From Candidatus Latescibacterota bacterium (lineage in GTDB: Bacteria; Latescibacterota; UBA2968; UBA8231): DNA of 64,000 nucleotides. The translations under genes and the position numbers were made by a program. Positions 50,763 through 59,460 of the stretch are shown piece by piece. The notes under the pieces were generated by a model. That model did not search any database. It was not told the origin of the DNA and saw only the letters and a list, made by a program, of their open reading frames with translations. Numbering within the stretch: position 1 is the first letter of the stretch; the number at the start of each line of letters is the position of its first letter. The stretch is from positions 2,176,001 through 2,240,000 of the forward strand of contig CBDFJF010000001.1 in assembly GCA_965248265.1 (NCBI GenBank), read 5' to 3'.

Positions 50763-51035
50763 GCTCTACCGAGGCGCCGGAGTGTGAATGCACGCGCCGC
50801 ATCGTTGCGACTGCGGGGTTCCTGATTGTTCTCGTCCAAAGAGAAGCTCCTTAGATAGCTGGGGTCAAACCTCAACCTGCCTCGACATCACACCCCAAGC
50901 GATATAGACTACTGCTATTGACCGTGTGAACTGTGAATCAATTCTCACAAGCTGGGGCGTGATAGTCCTGCGTGTCACGTCAACGAGTGCTCCTGAGGCA
51001 ATACTCCCTACATTGCCCGTCCTCTCTCTTGTGCA

Positions 51036-51812
51036 ATGCTAATTAGTCTAAGATCGCTATGTACCAAACATGGTATTGAAAGCTTCGGAGTGCTTCATAT
51101 CGGTGCCCACAAGGCTGAGGAGCGAGACGAGTATAAGAAGTGCGGAGCATCCAAAGTTATTTGGATCGAAGCAGATCCTGATCTCGCGAATCAACTGAAG
51201 GCCAAGATTTGCGAGAGTGAATCAATCTTCGATGAGGAGAGAGTTTTCAACCACGCAATCTTCGATGTGAACGGCAAGACGATGGACTTCAACGTGACCA
51301 ATAATACCGAGGCTTCTTCGCTACTGGACCTGGGTACACACAGGAAATCGTATCCGGAAATAGTGGTTGATAGGACCGTCAGTGTGGTTGTGAGACGAAT
51401 TGATTCGCTCGATAAGGAATACCCGGATTTATTGGACTCTCTAGACTTCCTCAATTTGGACATACAAGGGGCGGAATTTCCAGCCCTGGTCGGATTTGGA
51501 GACTCCATAAAGCAGTTCAAATGGATCTACACCGAAGTAAACAGGAAGAATGTCTATTTAGGAAATGGCATGATCTGGGATATTGACAATCTGCTTTTGC
51601 AATATGGCTTTTTCCGGAAAGATACCGTCTTTACTTATCAGTACTGGGGCGATGCTTTCTATGAAAAGCGAACCGATTTAGCTGATGTTCGCCGTTTCAT
51701 ATACAAGGCGAGGATTCGTTTTCAGTACCTATGGTGGGCTATAGCAGATTTGCCAGTACCAAAACTCATGATCAGGGCCCTGAACAAGACCAAGCGCCTG
51801 ATCGTGAATTGA
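51036..51812 (+). CDS. FkbM family methyltransferase (visibly AT-richer gene)
   Basis: VLHIGAH, WIEADP, SSLL, LNLDIQGAE, IYTEVN, WGDAFY. Confidence 0.88.
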   Translation: MLISLRSLCTKHGIESFGVLHIGAHKAEERDEYKKCGASKVIWIEADPDLANQLKAKICESESIFDEERVFNHAIFDVNGKTMDFNVTNNTEASSLLDLGTHRKSYPEIVVDRTVSVVVRRIDSLDKEYPDLLDSLDFLNLDIQGAEFPALVGFGDSIKQFKWIYTEVNRKNVYLGNGMIWDIDNLLLQYGFFRKDTVFTYQYWGDAFYEKRTDLADVRRFIYKARIRFQYLWWAIADLPVPKLMIRALNKTKRLIVN

Positions 51813-51831
51813 AAATGGCGCCAGTGACCGT

Positions 51832-52764
51832 ATGCGACTAACCGTTGCGATATGTACTTGGAACCGGGCAAGCTTGCTTGATCGGACTCTGGCACGGATC
51901 GCGCAAGATGAGACGACTGGACTAGAATGGGAAGTACTGGTCGTCAACAACAACTGTACAGATGACACAGATGCTGTGATCGCACGACATCAGCGGCACC
52001 TGCCGGTGCGCCGGATACTGGAGCGCAGGCAGGGCCTCTCCAACGCCCGCAACGCTGCCGCGATGGCGGCGCGCGGAGATCTTATCGTATGGACTGACGA
52101 CGATGTCCTTGTCGGCGACGGCTGGTTGCGTGCGTACGAACGGGCCGCCCGCCTGTACAGTGAGAGTTCCTTCTTCGGGGGACCGATAGTCCCGGAGTTC
52201 GAAGGCGCGGCACCGAAGTGGCTCATGGCTGCTCTGCCACACGTAGGGGGTGTGTACGGTACGCTCGATCTGGGTGTGGAAACTCACGAGCTCACCCCTT
52301 CCGCCCTGCCCTTCGGTGGGAACTTCGCGGTTCGGACTGCAATTCAGCGATCGTACTTGTATGACCCGGATGTTGGCCGCATTGGGAAGGGCATGTTGAG
52401 CGGGGAAGAAACGACGGTCATGCTCCGGATGCTTGGCGACGGGTACAGTGGACAGTGGCTCCCCGACGCCACACTCCAACACTTCGTACCACGAGAGAGA
52501 CAGACCGCAAGACACATTCGGAGATACCACAGCGGCAGCGCGGAGACACAGGAGCGACGTCGGCCTTGCGGCAAGGGACCGTTGATTTTCGGGAGACCCA
52601 GGGGTCGCCTTTGCAGGCTCGTCATCGCAGAGTTGTGGTACCGCATCCGACGGCTGTCCTCACCTCCTGAGGTTTGGATCAAGGACCTGATCAGAGTAGG
52701 CTGCCTGGAGGGGGAGTGGCGTGGTTTGACGCCGCCGAGCGCAAGACCGTGCGCTGGGGCCTGA
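51832..52764 (+). CDS. Glycosyltransferase family 2
   Basis: TVAICTWNRA, VVNNNCTDDT, GLSNARN, WTDDD, SGEET. Confidence 0.9.
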   Translation: MRLTVAICTWNRASLLDRTLARIAQDETTGLEWEVLVVNNNCTDDTDAVIARHQRHLPVRRILERRQGLSNARNAAAMAARGDLIVWTDDDVLVGDGWLRAYERAARLYSESSFFGGPIVPEFEGAAPKWLMAALPHVGGVYGTLDLGVETHELTPSALPFGGNFAVRTAIQRSYLYDPDVGRIGKGMLSGEETTVMLRMLGDGYSGQWLPDATLQHFVPRERQTARHIRRYHSGSAETQERRRPCGKGPLIFGRPRGRLCRLVIAELWYRIRRLSSPPEVWIKDLIRVGCLEGEWRGLTPPSARPCAGA

Positions 52765-52805
52765 TCGTTCGCTTACGCGCAGTGCATGGTCCTGGCCTCA
52801 GAGCG

Positions 52806-54062
52806 ATGTGCGGTGAGAGAATCAAGTCGTTTTTGCGTCATCTTCGCGTAGGGCTGCTAAAGTGCACGAGCCTGGGCAGGCGACTGGTCGATTGGAGGCT
52901 TCAACGCCGGATCCGCTCGGTACCTCTTGAGCGACTGTTGATGGGCCAAGAGGCAGGTATTCCAGCGGCAGTCTACTCGCGATACGTTGACGATCCGATG
53001 CGCCCTTCGACGCCAGTTGCGCATTCGCCCCATGTGAAATTGCTCGAACAGTACGTGGCAGACGGTGCGAATCTGTTCCAGCGGGACGTGTTTCACAAGA
53101 CCGACTACTATCGGTCTGCGTGCAAGACAATTGATATTGCCGGGAACTACTTCGAGGCTCGCTCAGAAGACCAGATAGTTGATGTCGCACGACGCTTTGT
53201 GGCTTGGTTCAGAGGTGTTGCGGGCACGGCAACAGGGACCCAACCAGGACGCTCAGCTCCCGGTTCTCCGGTAATCGTACAACCCGTGCGATTCTCAAAC
53301 TGCTACCAGGTTGTTGACGGCCACCACCGGTTGGCAATCCAGTGCGCACGGGGCGCATCCGAAGCAAGTGTACTCCCGGTACGTTCCGAGGTTTTGACAC
53401 CAATCCAGTCAACCGTTTTGGACGTAGTTTGGACGGCTGGGCGGCGCGAGCTGTATCAACCCATTGACGCCCCTGAGCTTCAAACCTGGCCGTTAGTAAG
53501 GCGTTGCTCAGATCGCCTGGAGAAAATGCGCGAGTTCCTTCGAGATGAGGGAATTCAGGCGAGCTCCGGCAGCAGCTATCTGGATGTCGGATCGAGCTAC
53601 GGCTGGTTCGTCAGCCAAATGCTGAGGCTCGGATTCGACGCCTGCGGGGTGGAGATGGACCCGGTCTCGGCTTCGATTGGTCCGATGGCGTACGGGTTAG
53701 ACCCTGCGAGAGTCCACGTCATGGATAGCATCAGCTTTCTCCGGTCGAATTCAAAGCAGTTCACCGTCACGTCGTGTTTCAGCGTCATTCATGTCTTTGC
53801 GACTGGGAAGAAGTCGATCTCAGCCGAGGAGTTCATTCGACTCGTCGACTTGAGCACTGAGAAAGCTATGTTCATCGACACGGGACAGAACCACGAGACT
53901 TGGTACCGCGAATCACTTGCCCAATGGGACGAGGACTTCATTCATGACTGGCTCTTAAGGAACACTTCCTTCCATCGCATCGAACGCCTGGGCGTTGACC
54001 AAGATGCGGTTCCTCCGTTTGAGGACTCCTACTCGCGAATGCTGTTTGCATGCACCAGATGA
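52806..54062 (+). CDS. ParB/Srx-like domain fused to a class I SAM methyltransferase
   Basis: YQVVDGHHRLA motif, then YLDVGSSYGWF and CFSVIH; start uncertain. Confidence 0.65.
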   Translation: MCGERIKSFLRHLRVGLLKCTSLGRRLVDWRLQRRIRSVPLERLLMGQEAGIPAAVYSRYVDDPMRPSTPVAHSPHVKLLEQYVADGANLFQRDVFHKTDYYRSACKTIDIAGNYFEARSEDQIVDVARRFVAWFRGVAGTATGTQPGRSAPGSPVIVQPVRFSNCYQVVDGHHRLAIQCARGASEASVLPVRSEVLTPIQSTVLDVVWTAGRRELYQPIDAPELQTWPLVRRCSDRLEKMREFLRDEGIQASSGSSYLDVGSSYGWFVSQMLRLGFDACGVEMDPVSASIGPMAYGLDPARVHVMDSISFLRSNSKQFTVTSCFSVIHVFATGKKSISAEEFIRLVDLSTEKAMFIDTGQNHETWYRESLAQWDEDFIHDWLLRNTSFHRIERLGVDQDAVPPFEDSYSRMLFACTR

Positions 54063-54086
54063 CCAAGCGCCAGCGGCGGGGGCACC

Positions 54087-55058
54087 TCATTGGTGCTCGG
54101 TGGAGACCTTCCTCACTTGCTCCTCGATCCACGGATAGGTCTCGCCGATTCCGTCCCGCACAGTGTACTTCGCCGACCATCCCTGCGACATGATCTTGTC
54201 GACCTTGTGATACCTTGCCTGTACGCCGACCGGCCCTTCGACGTACTTGATGCCGATCTGCTTGCCGGCTACCTCGGCCACGGTATCCACCAGTTCCTGG
54301 ACTGTCGTCAGCTCGGTGCTGCCAATGTTGGTCGGTTCAGTAACATCTGATTGCATCAGTGTGTATATGCCAGTGCACATGTCTGCGACGTAGGTGTATA
54401 CTCGCAGCGCGCTCCCATCTCCCCACACCTCGATCTCGTCGCCATCGCTGGCCATCGCGACCTTCCGACACAGGGCGGCAGGTGCCTTCTCGCGCCCGCC
54501 TCGCCATGTGCCTTCCGGCCCGTAGCAATTCTGGAAACGGGCGATACGGACATCCAAACCTCGGTTTCGCGAAAACGCCAAAGCCACACGTTCTGCGTAC
54601 AGCTTCTCCCAGCCGTACTCATTGTCGGGCAGGGCCGGATACGCATCTTCCTCTGCGATGTACGATTCACCCTGCTGCTGGTCGCGATACACACAGGCTG
54701 ATGAAGAAAGGAAGTAGCGACCAACTCCTGCGTTGCAGGCTTCACTCACCATGTGAAGGTTGGCCAGCCCGCTGTTGATCATGATCTCGCATTCGGCCGA
54801 ATGGATGAAACCCATCCCTCCCATGTCGGCGGCGAGCTGGTAGACTTCGTCAAAATCGTCACGGCCATCAAACGCCACCGCCCGTTCGCAGTTACCGCGA
54901 TCCCGCAGGTCGAGCAGCTGGAAATCATCGGCACTCGACGCGGAGAACTCCGGCTCTTTCAGGTCTACGCCTCTGACCCAGTAGTCTCGAGCTTTCAGGA
55001 ACCGGACGAGATGATGGCCAATGAAGCCACCGGCGCCGCAGACAAGTGCCTTTTTCAT
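54087..55058 (-). CDS. NAD-dependent epimerase, GDP-mannose 3,5-epimerase-like
   Basis: GAGGFIGHH, LAADMGGMGFI, SSSACVY, YGWEK, GREKAPAALCRK, VWGDG. Confidence 0.88.
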   Translation of the reverse strand: MKKALVCGAGGFIGHHLVRFLKARDYWVRGVDLKEPEFSASSADDFQLLDLRDRGNCERAVAFDGRDDFDEVYQLAADMGGMGFIHSAECEIMINSGLANLHMVSEACNAGVGRYFLSSSACVYRDQQQGESYIAEEDAYPALPDNEYGWEKLYAERVALAFSRNRGLDVRIARFQNCYGPEGTWRGGREKAPAALCRKVAMASDGDEIEVWGDGSALRVYTYVADMCTGIYTLMQSDVTEPTNIGSTELTTVQELVDTVAEVAGKQIGIKYVEGPVGVQARYHKVDKIMSQGWSAKYTVRDGIGETYPWIEEQVRKVSTEHQ

Positions 55059-55284
55059 GAGTAAGACCTTTCGTGCGCTACCTCGAAAACGGTGGAGTGT
55101 GACCGGTGCTCTCAAACATGGCGGATTGAAGCGAAATCCCCAAAGCTTCAAGCGTGTCCCCACGTGGCATAGACAGCTCTACGGATTTCAGCATAGATTC
55201 TCTCCTTCCATGCCCGGCGTCCACCGTTGCGCCTTTCCAACACCTTAGTGGTAGCTCCCCATAGGGGTTGACGCTCCGACTCAC

Positions 55285-56757
55285 ATGACCACCTGCATAG
55301 TCGCCTTTCTAATCGCGTTTTTCGTGTCAATTGTCATTACTCGGTCGATTATCCGCGTTGCCGTCCGTCTCGACTTCGTGGATAAACCTGACTACGTACG
55401 AAAGTTTCACCAAAACGCCGTGCCGTGTGTAGGTGGCGTAGGCATCTTCATCGCGTTCTTTGTGCCCGTCGCAGCACTGTTCTTCTTCTACAAGAATTTC
55501 ATCTCCGAGCAGCTACTGCACCTTCCCATAGAACTTCTGGGTCTGACGGCAGGAGCGACCATCGGGTTGGGACTGGGATTTTTTGACGACGTCCGCGGCT
55601 TGCGCATGCGCTGGAAGCTTCTGCTTCAGGCTGTTGCAGCGACTGCGGCCTTCGCCACCGGTTATGCGATCGCTGAGATCAGTATACCGTTTGTTGGTGT
55701 GATTGAAGTAGGGGTCATCAGCTATCCTCTCACTCTGTTTTGGTTCTTGGGCTGTATGAACGCTCTGAATTTTCTTGACGGACTGGACGGGCTGGCAGCC
55801 GGTGTGAGTTTGCTGGTGTCGATTACGCTGTTTTTGGTCAGTCTCATTTTTGAAAACCGGGTCGGCATGGTGCTGTCGATCAGTCTGGCTGGAGCTATCC
55901 TGGGTTTCCTGCTCTACAATTTCCACCCTGCACGCATTTTCCTTGGTGACTCGGGCAGCATGCTCCTCGGATTCCTGATCGGGGCCCTGTCGATTCTGGC
56001 AGGTAGAAGCACCGAGAACACGACGACCGTCTCACTTTTCATTCCCCTTATCGCCCTCGGTTTGCCGATCCTGGATACTTGTCTCGTGATTGCCCGACGC
56101 TGGTTTCGCAGGGTTCCTATCGCCGAGGCTGACCGCCGTCACATCCACTACGCTCTGATCTCGATGGGCCTGAGTCACAAGCGCACGGTCCTCATTCTCT
56201 ACCTGGCCAGTGTTGTATTCGGTGTTTGCGCCCTGTTGATCACATTTGAGCGAGGCGAGGTGGTCATCCTGGTTCTTGGAGCAATGTGTATTATCGGCTT
56301 TGTTTGTGTGCGCGTGTTTGCTGGAGTGACGATGGCTGCTCTTTTCAGCAGAGGGTTTGACGCCGGTGCCAGATCCGCACTGGAGAGGGCGCTGCTGGAA
56401 ATGCACGTTGAAGACACCCCAGAGCGTGTCTGGCGTTGCTGTCACCCAGTGTTGGCAGCGGTCGGGTTAGACCGGGCCGAACTGCATCTGCTTGACGAGG
56501 TCTCAGCACAGATGACGATATTGCGATGGACCCGAACGGATGATGCCGAGCCAAGTGATCCTGTACCCGGCAGTGGCGATCATTGGTCCGCCAATCTCAC
56601 GATCTATTCGCCGACTTCCGACATCAAGGGAGAATTGGTCGTGGCCAAGACGTCGCGACTCGGACATCGGGCAAGCCTGGCTTCAGAAGTCCTCGACACG
56701 TTACGCCTGGCCCTAGGCGCAAACCTGGAACGCCTCAAAACACCCCCTGAGTCATAA
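55285..56757 (+). CDS. wecA: WecA/TagO-type undecaprenyl-phosphate GlcNAc-1-phosphate transferase with a C-terminal soluble extension
   Basis: DKPDYVRKFH, GFFDD, NALNFLDGLDGLA, YNFHPARIFLGDSGS, ADRRHIHY. Confidence 0.88.
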   Translation: MTTCIVAFLIAFFVSIVITRSIIRVAVRLDFVDKPDYVRKFHQNAVPCVGGVGIFIAFFVPVAALFFFYKNFISEQLLHLPIELLGLTAGATIGLGLGFFDDVRGLRMRWKLLLQAVAATAAFATGYAIAEISIPFVGVIEVGVISYPLTLFWFLGCMNALNFLDGLDGLAAGVSLLVSITLFLVSLIFENRVGMVLSISLAGAILGFLLYNFHPARIFLGDSGSMLLGFLIGALSILAGRSTENTTTVSLFIPLIALGLPILDTCLVIARRWFRRVPIAEADRRHIHYALISMGLSHKRTVLILYLASVVFGVCALLITFERGEVVILVLGAMCIIGFVCVRVFAGVTMAALFSRGFDAGARSALERALLEMHVEDTPERVWRCCHPVLAAVGLDRAELHLLDEVSAQMTILRWTRTDDAEPSDPVPGSGDHWSANLTIYSPTSDIKGELVVAKTSRLGHRASLASEVLDTLRLALGANLERLKTPPES

Positions 56758-56787
56758 CCCAAGCAAAGAGGAAGAAAGAGCATCGGA

Positions 56788-57963
56788 CTATCTCGAGAAA
56801 TCCCTTACGACTGTCCGCAGCTGATCCACGAACCGATCTGCCGAGAACAACTCCTTCCGGCTCAACACATACTCGCTGAGAGAAATTTGTAGTTCTGAAT
56901 CTGAAAGAACCCGGTCGATCCTGTGAACTGCCTGTTGCACATTTCCGTAAAGTAGCCGTTCATCTCCACCGACGATCTCTACGGGCCCCCCCTCGTCTGG
57001 CACGAACACGATGCACCCGGCCCGCTGCAGCTCCGCCACCACAATTCCGAAGTGCTCGCCTGCCATGCCGTGAATTCCATATCTGTTGTTTGCCATCAGG
57101 TCGACGAGTTCGCCGCGCGGCAAATCTATATGAATGTTCACCCAGGTTTGATGGCGTGCAGCCAGTTCAAAAACGGCACGTGTATAGGGTTTACTATCGG
57201 GGGTTCCGACCAGGTGAAAGTTAATATCGTGTCCTCGCTCACGCACCTGAGCGAGGATTTCAATCAGCTTGAGCTGATCCTTTTCTGGGGAAATACGGCC
57301 GACGCAGACGAAGCCATTGTCGCGCTCTATCCAGGGCACTTCGGGGAAGAACCCTGGAACTGGCGGATACAACGTCGTCGAATCAACACAGTACGCCTCG
57401 TGCATCTTGCCGGCGATGTAGTCAGAATTCACCAGCGACAGGTTTTTCCGCATGCCATCAACATCGAACCCACCGATAGCCAACTTGCACGTTGCCCTAT
57501 AGCCTTCCAGCAGTGCAGCGGGGGCGTGATACCAGCGTAGATCCACCTCGGGGCGCGGCAAGTAACCCCACGGGAAGTGAATGTACTGAATACCTCGCTG
57601 TCCGAAATCGACCTCGTTGGCGGTACTGATGACCGCATCGTAGTGGTGGGTCTTCAGGTGCGCTTTTGTGGCTCGGAAGAAGAGGCACATGTGCAGCAAG
57701 CTCAGTGGTGTGGGCGCCACATCCAACAGGGCATGTAGGCCAGTATTGGTGAGGTGTAGTCTGAAATCGGAAGGCTTCAATGACGTGCCGAAGAATCTGT
57801 TGACTGCGTTACAGTCGCATGGCTTCGTGGTCAACAGGGAGACATCGTAGCAACCCCGCAGGGCCTGCAATACCCACGAGGCGACCGCGTTGCTGCCTCC
57901 AGGCGGTTGCAGGGACGGCTGAGTGACAAGCACTTTTTTTCTGGTACGAGTGCTTTCACTCAT
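56788..57963 (-). CDS. GT4 glycosyltransferase, ALG11-like mannosyltransferase
   Basis: PPGGSNAV, YIHFP, VNSDY, LYPP, VGRISPEK, GIHGMAGEHFGIVVAE parallel the ALG11 motifs GGGGERV, YVHYP, VNSSW, VYPP, GQFRPEK, GLHTMWNEHFGIGVVE (recalled). Confidence 0.75.
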   Translation of the reverse strand: MSESTRTRKKVLVTQPSLQPPGGSNAVASWVLQALRGCYDVSLLTTKPCDCNAVNRFFGTSLKPSDFRLHLTNTGLHALLDVAPTPLSLLHMCLFFRATKAHLKTHHYDAVISTANEVDFGQRGIQYIHFPWGYLPRPEVDLRWYHAPAALLEGYRATCKLAIGGFDVDGMRKNLSLVNSDYIAGKMHEAYCVDSTTLYPPVPGFFPEVPWIERDNGFVCVGRISPEKDQLKLIEILAQVRERGHDINFHLVGTPDSKPYTRAVFELAARHQTWVNIHIDLPRGELVDLMANNRYGIHGMAGEHFGIVVAELQRAGCIVFVPDEGGPVEIVGGDERLLYGNVQQAVHRIDRVLSDSELQISLSEYVLSRKELFSADRFVDQLRTVVRDFSR

Positions 57964-57965
57964 TG

Positions 57966-59288
57966 TCAATACCCCAGCAACCCTGCTCGTGCGTGTTTCC
58001 GCCAACTCTCATCCCAGCTTTGTTGCCGGCAACCGGCAACTCCGAGGCGCAACTCGTCCAGTAGCGGGGTGTCGGTTGGGAAGCCACTGAACAACTCGCG
58101 CAACTGCTCTTTCAATTCGGCCGGACCATCGAAAACCAGTCCGTTCACTCGATGTTGGACCTGCTCTGCCAGACACGGTCCGTAGTTCAAGGCGGACACG
58201 GGTAATCCGGCGCCAAACATGTCCATGATTTTCATCGGCAGGTCTACCTTGGACGACGACCGGTGGAGGCATAAGCCCAGATGCACAGCTCCAAGCAAGC
58301 GTTGGTACTCGCGGTACGGCAACCACAGCGTGCGCAGATGGACCCGTGACGGAGGCAGTCGCATGGCCTCACGTTCGAAAGCCATCTGCCCAGGACCCTT
58401 TCCCGTGATTAGAATCACGAAATCGGGCATCGCCTGGTCATATTCTTGTGCTGCTATTTCCAACAGTAACGAGACCTCTTCATCATAGGTCCAACTCGTT
58501 GGACAGACGATCCACACCGGTGGCCGTGGCGTTATCGGCAATTCGAGCTCCTGACGAAGCCGCCCGAGCAACTCGCGGGCCGGCTCTGGTGCGGTTGGCT
58601 CGAATCCCTGCGCGGGTCGATCATAGAGCAGAACAGGATCGGCAAACCCCCACCGCTGGGTCAGTTGAGCTTGCATCGCGGCTGAAACACACAGGTGATG
58701 ATCCGCCCTGCCGCCGCATGTTCGTTCCAACCATTGGTGGAGGAATACCAGCGGGCTTCGCCGTCCCAGCCGGAGGGCGACCATCGAATAACCGTAATTG
58801 TGCCAATCGATGACGTACCTGGCCGAGCGCAGACGCGCGACAACGAATGCTACCAGCAGAGTCGGTATTGATGGTGGATTCTGCACGAACACAGTATCGG
58901 GACTTCTGAGGCCGAACAGCAGGGCCCGCGTAAGTTGGATCGTATCCTGCAGTACTCTTACAACTGAGTGCATGACGAACAGCAGTCGGTTCCTACGCAT
59001 GAAGTCACTGGCCGAGGTCCGACGGAGCGCGTGGACCCTGATCATGGGATGATTCTCAACTGCATCAAACAAGTCGGTTTCCGCATAACCTACGAGGTCG
59101 ACCGCCGCCCCGGCATCGGCCAGAGATCGGGCGTGGTACTGCATTCGCGGGCTGCGGCCCAAGTCGCCCAGAACCACGATCGCCACCCGGTGTGCTGGAA
59201 CGGACTGTAGGTGATCCGGTATCAATTTCTGAGTCGTCAGTATCCCGAGTACCCTCACGCGAACCCCAGGCAGTTCCCGGGGACGCAA
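57966..59288 (-). CDS. ALG1-like chitobiosyl-PP-lipid beta-1,4-mannosyltransferase (GT33)
   Basis: VVLGDLGRSPRMQYHA, QNPPSIP, IDWHNYGYS, TSWTYDE, ITGKGP, LGLCLHRSSSKVDLPMKIMDMFG, NGLVF, WDESW: the ALG1 motifs in order; start uncertain. Confidence 0.9.
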   Translation of the reverse strand: MRPRELPGVRVRVLGILTTQKLIPDHLQSVPAHRVAIVVLGDLGRSPRMQYHARSLADAGAAVDLVGYAETDLFDAVENHPMIRVHALRRTSASDFMRRNRLLFVMHSVVRVLQDTIQLTRALLFGLRSPDTVFVQNPPSIPTLLVAFVVARLRSARYVIDWHNYGYSMVALRLGRRSPLVFLHQWLERTCGGRADHHLCVSAAMQAQLTQRWGFADPVLLYDRPAQGFEPTAPEPARELLGRLRQELELPITPRPPVWIVCPTSWTYDEEVSLLLEIAAQEYDQAMPDFVILITGKGPGQMAFEREAMRLPPSRVHLRTLWLPYREYQRLLGAVHLGLCLHRSSSKVDLPMKIMDMFGAGLPVSALNYGPCLAEQVQHRVNGLVFDGPAELKEQLRELFSGFPTDTPLLDELRLGVAGCRQQSWDESWRKHARAGLLGY

Positions 59289-59410
59289 GTGGTGACGTCA
59301 GGCCTGGAAGCAAGATACGTCCCCTCTGGTTCGGCGCCATATAGCCGCCGGCTGTTTCGATATAGACGTGGGCTCCGACGCCCGGCTGATTGTTTATTAT
59401 TGATGCACGG

Positions 59411-59434
59411 CTGCTTGACATGCAGAAGGTCGCC
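59411..59434 (+). repeat. Direct repeat of the tRNA-Val anticodon arm (att-like remnant)
   Basis: CTGCTTGACATGCAG is identical to 39033-39047, followed by AAGGTCGCC versus tRNA GAAGTCACT. Confidence 0.6.
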
Positions 59435-59460
59435 ACCCGTTGCCAATCATTGGATGCCGC

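Larger units (their letters stand above)
39082..59425. mobile_element. Putative genomic island (glycosylation cluster) inserted at tRNA-Val
   Basis: Starts right after the tRNA and ends at a 15-nt exact copy of its anticodon arm; mixed orientations, AT-richer segments, gene remnants. No integrase seen. Confidence 0.45.

Noticed and set aside
50925-50950. TGTGA-N8-TCACA between the divergent FkbM genes as a CRP or Rex site
   Set aside because: Spacer is 8 nt rather than the expected 6; single occurrence.
55244-55270. TGGTAGCT upstream of wecA as a JUMPstart/ops element
   Set aside because: Lacks the GGCGGTAG ops core.
39082-59425. Island as an active ICE or prophage
   Set aside because: No integrase, relaxase or phage genes in the interval.
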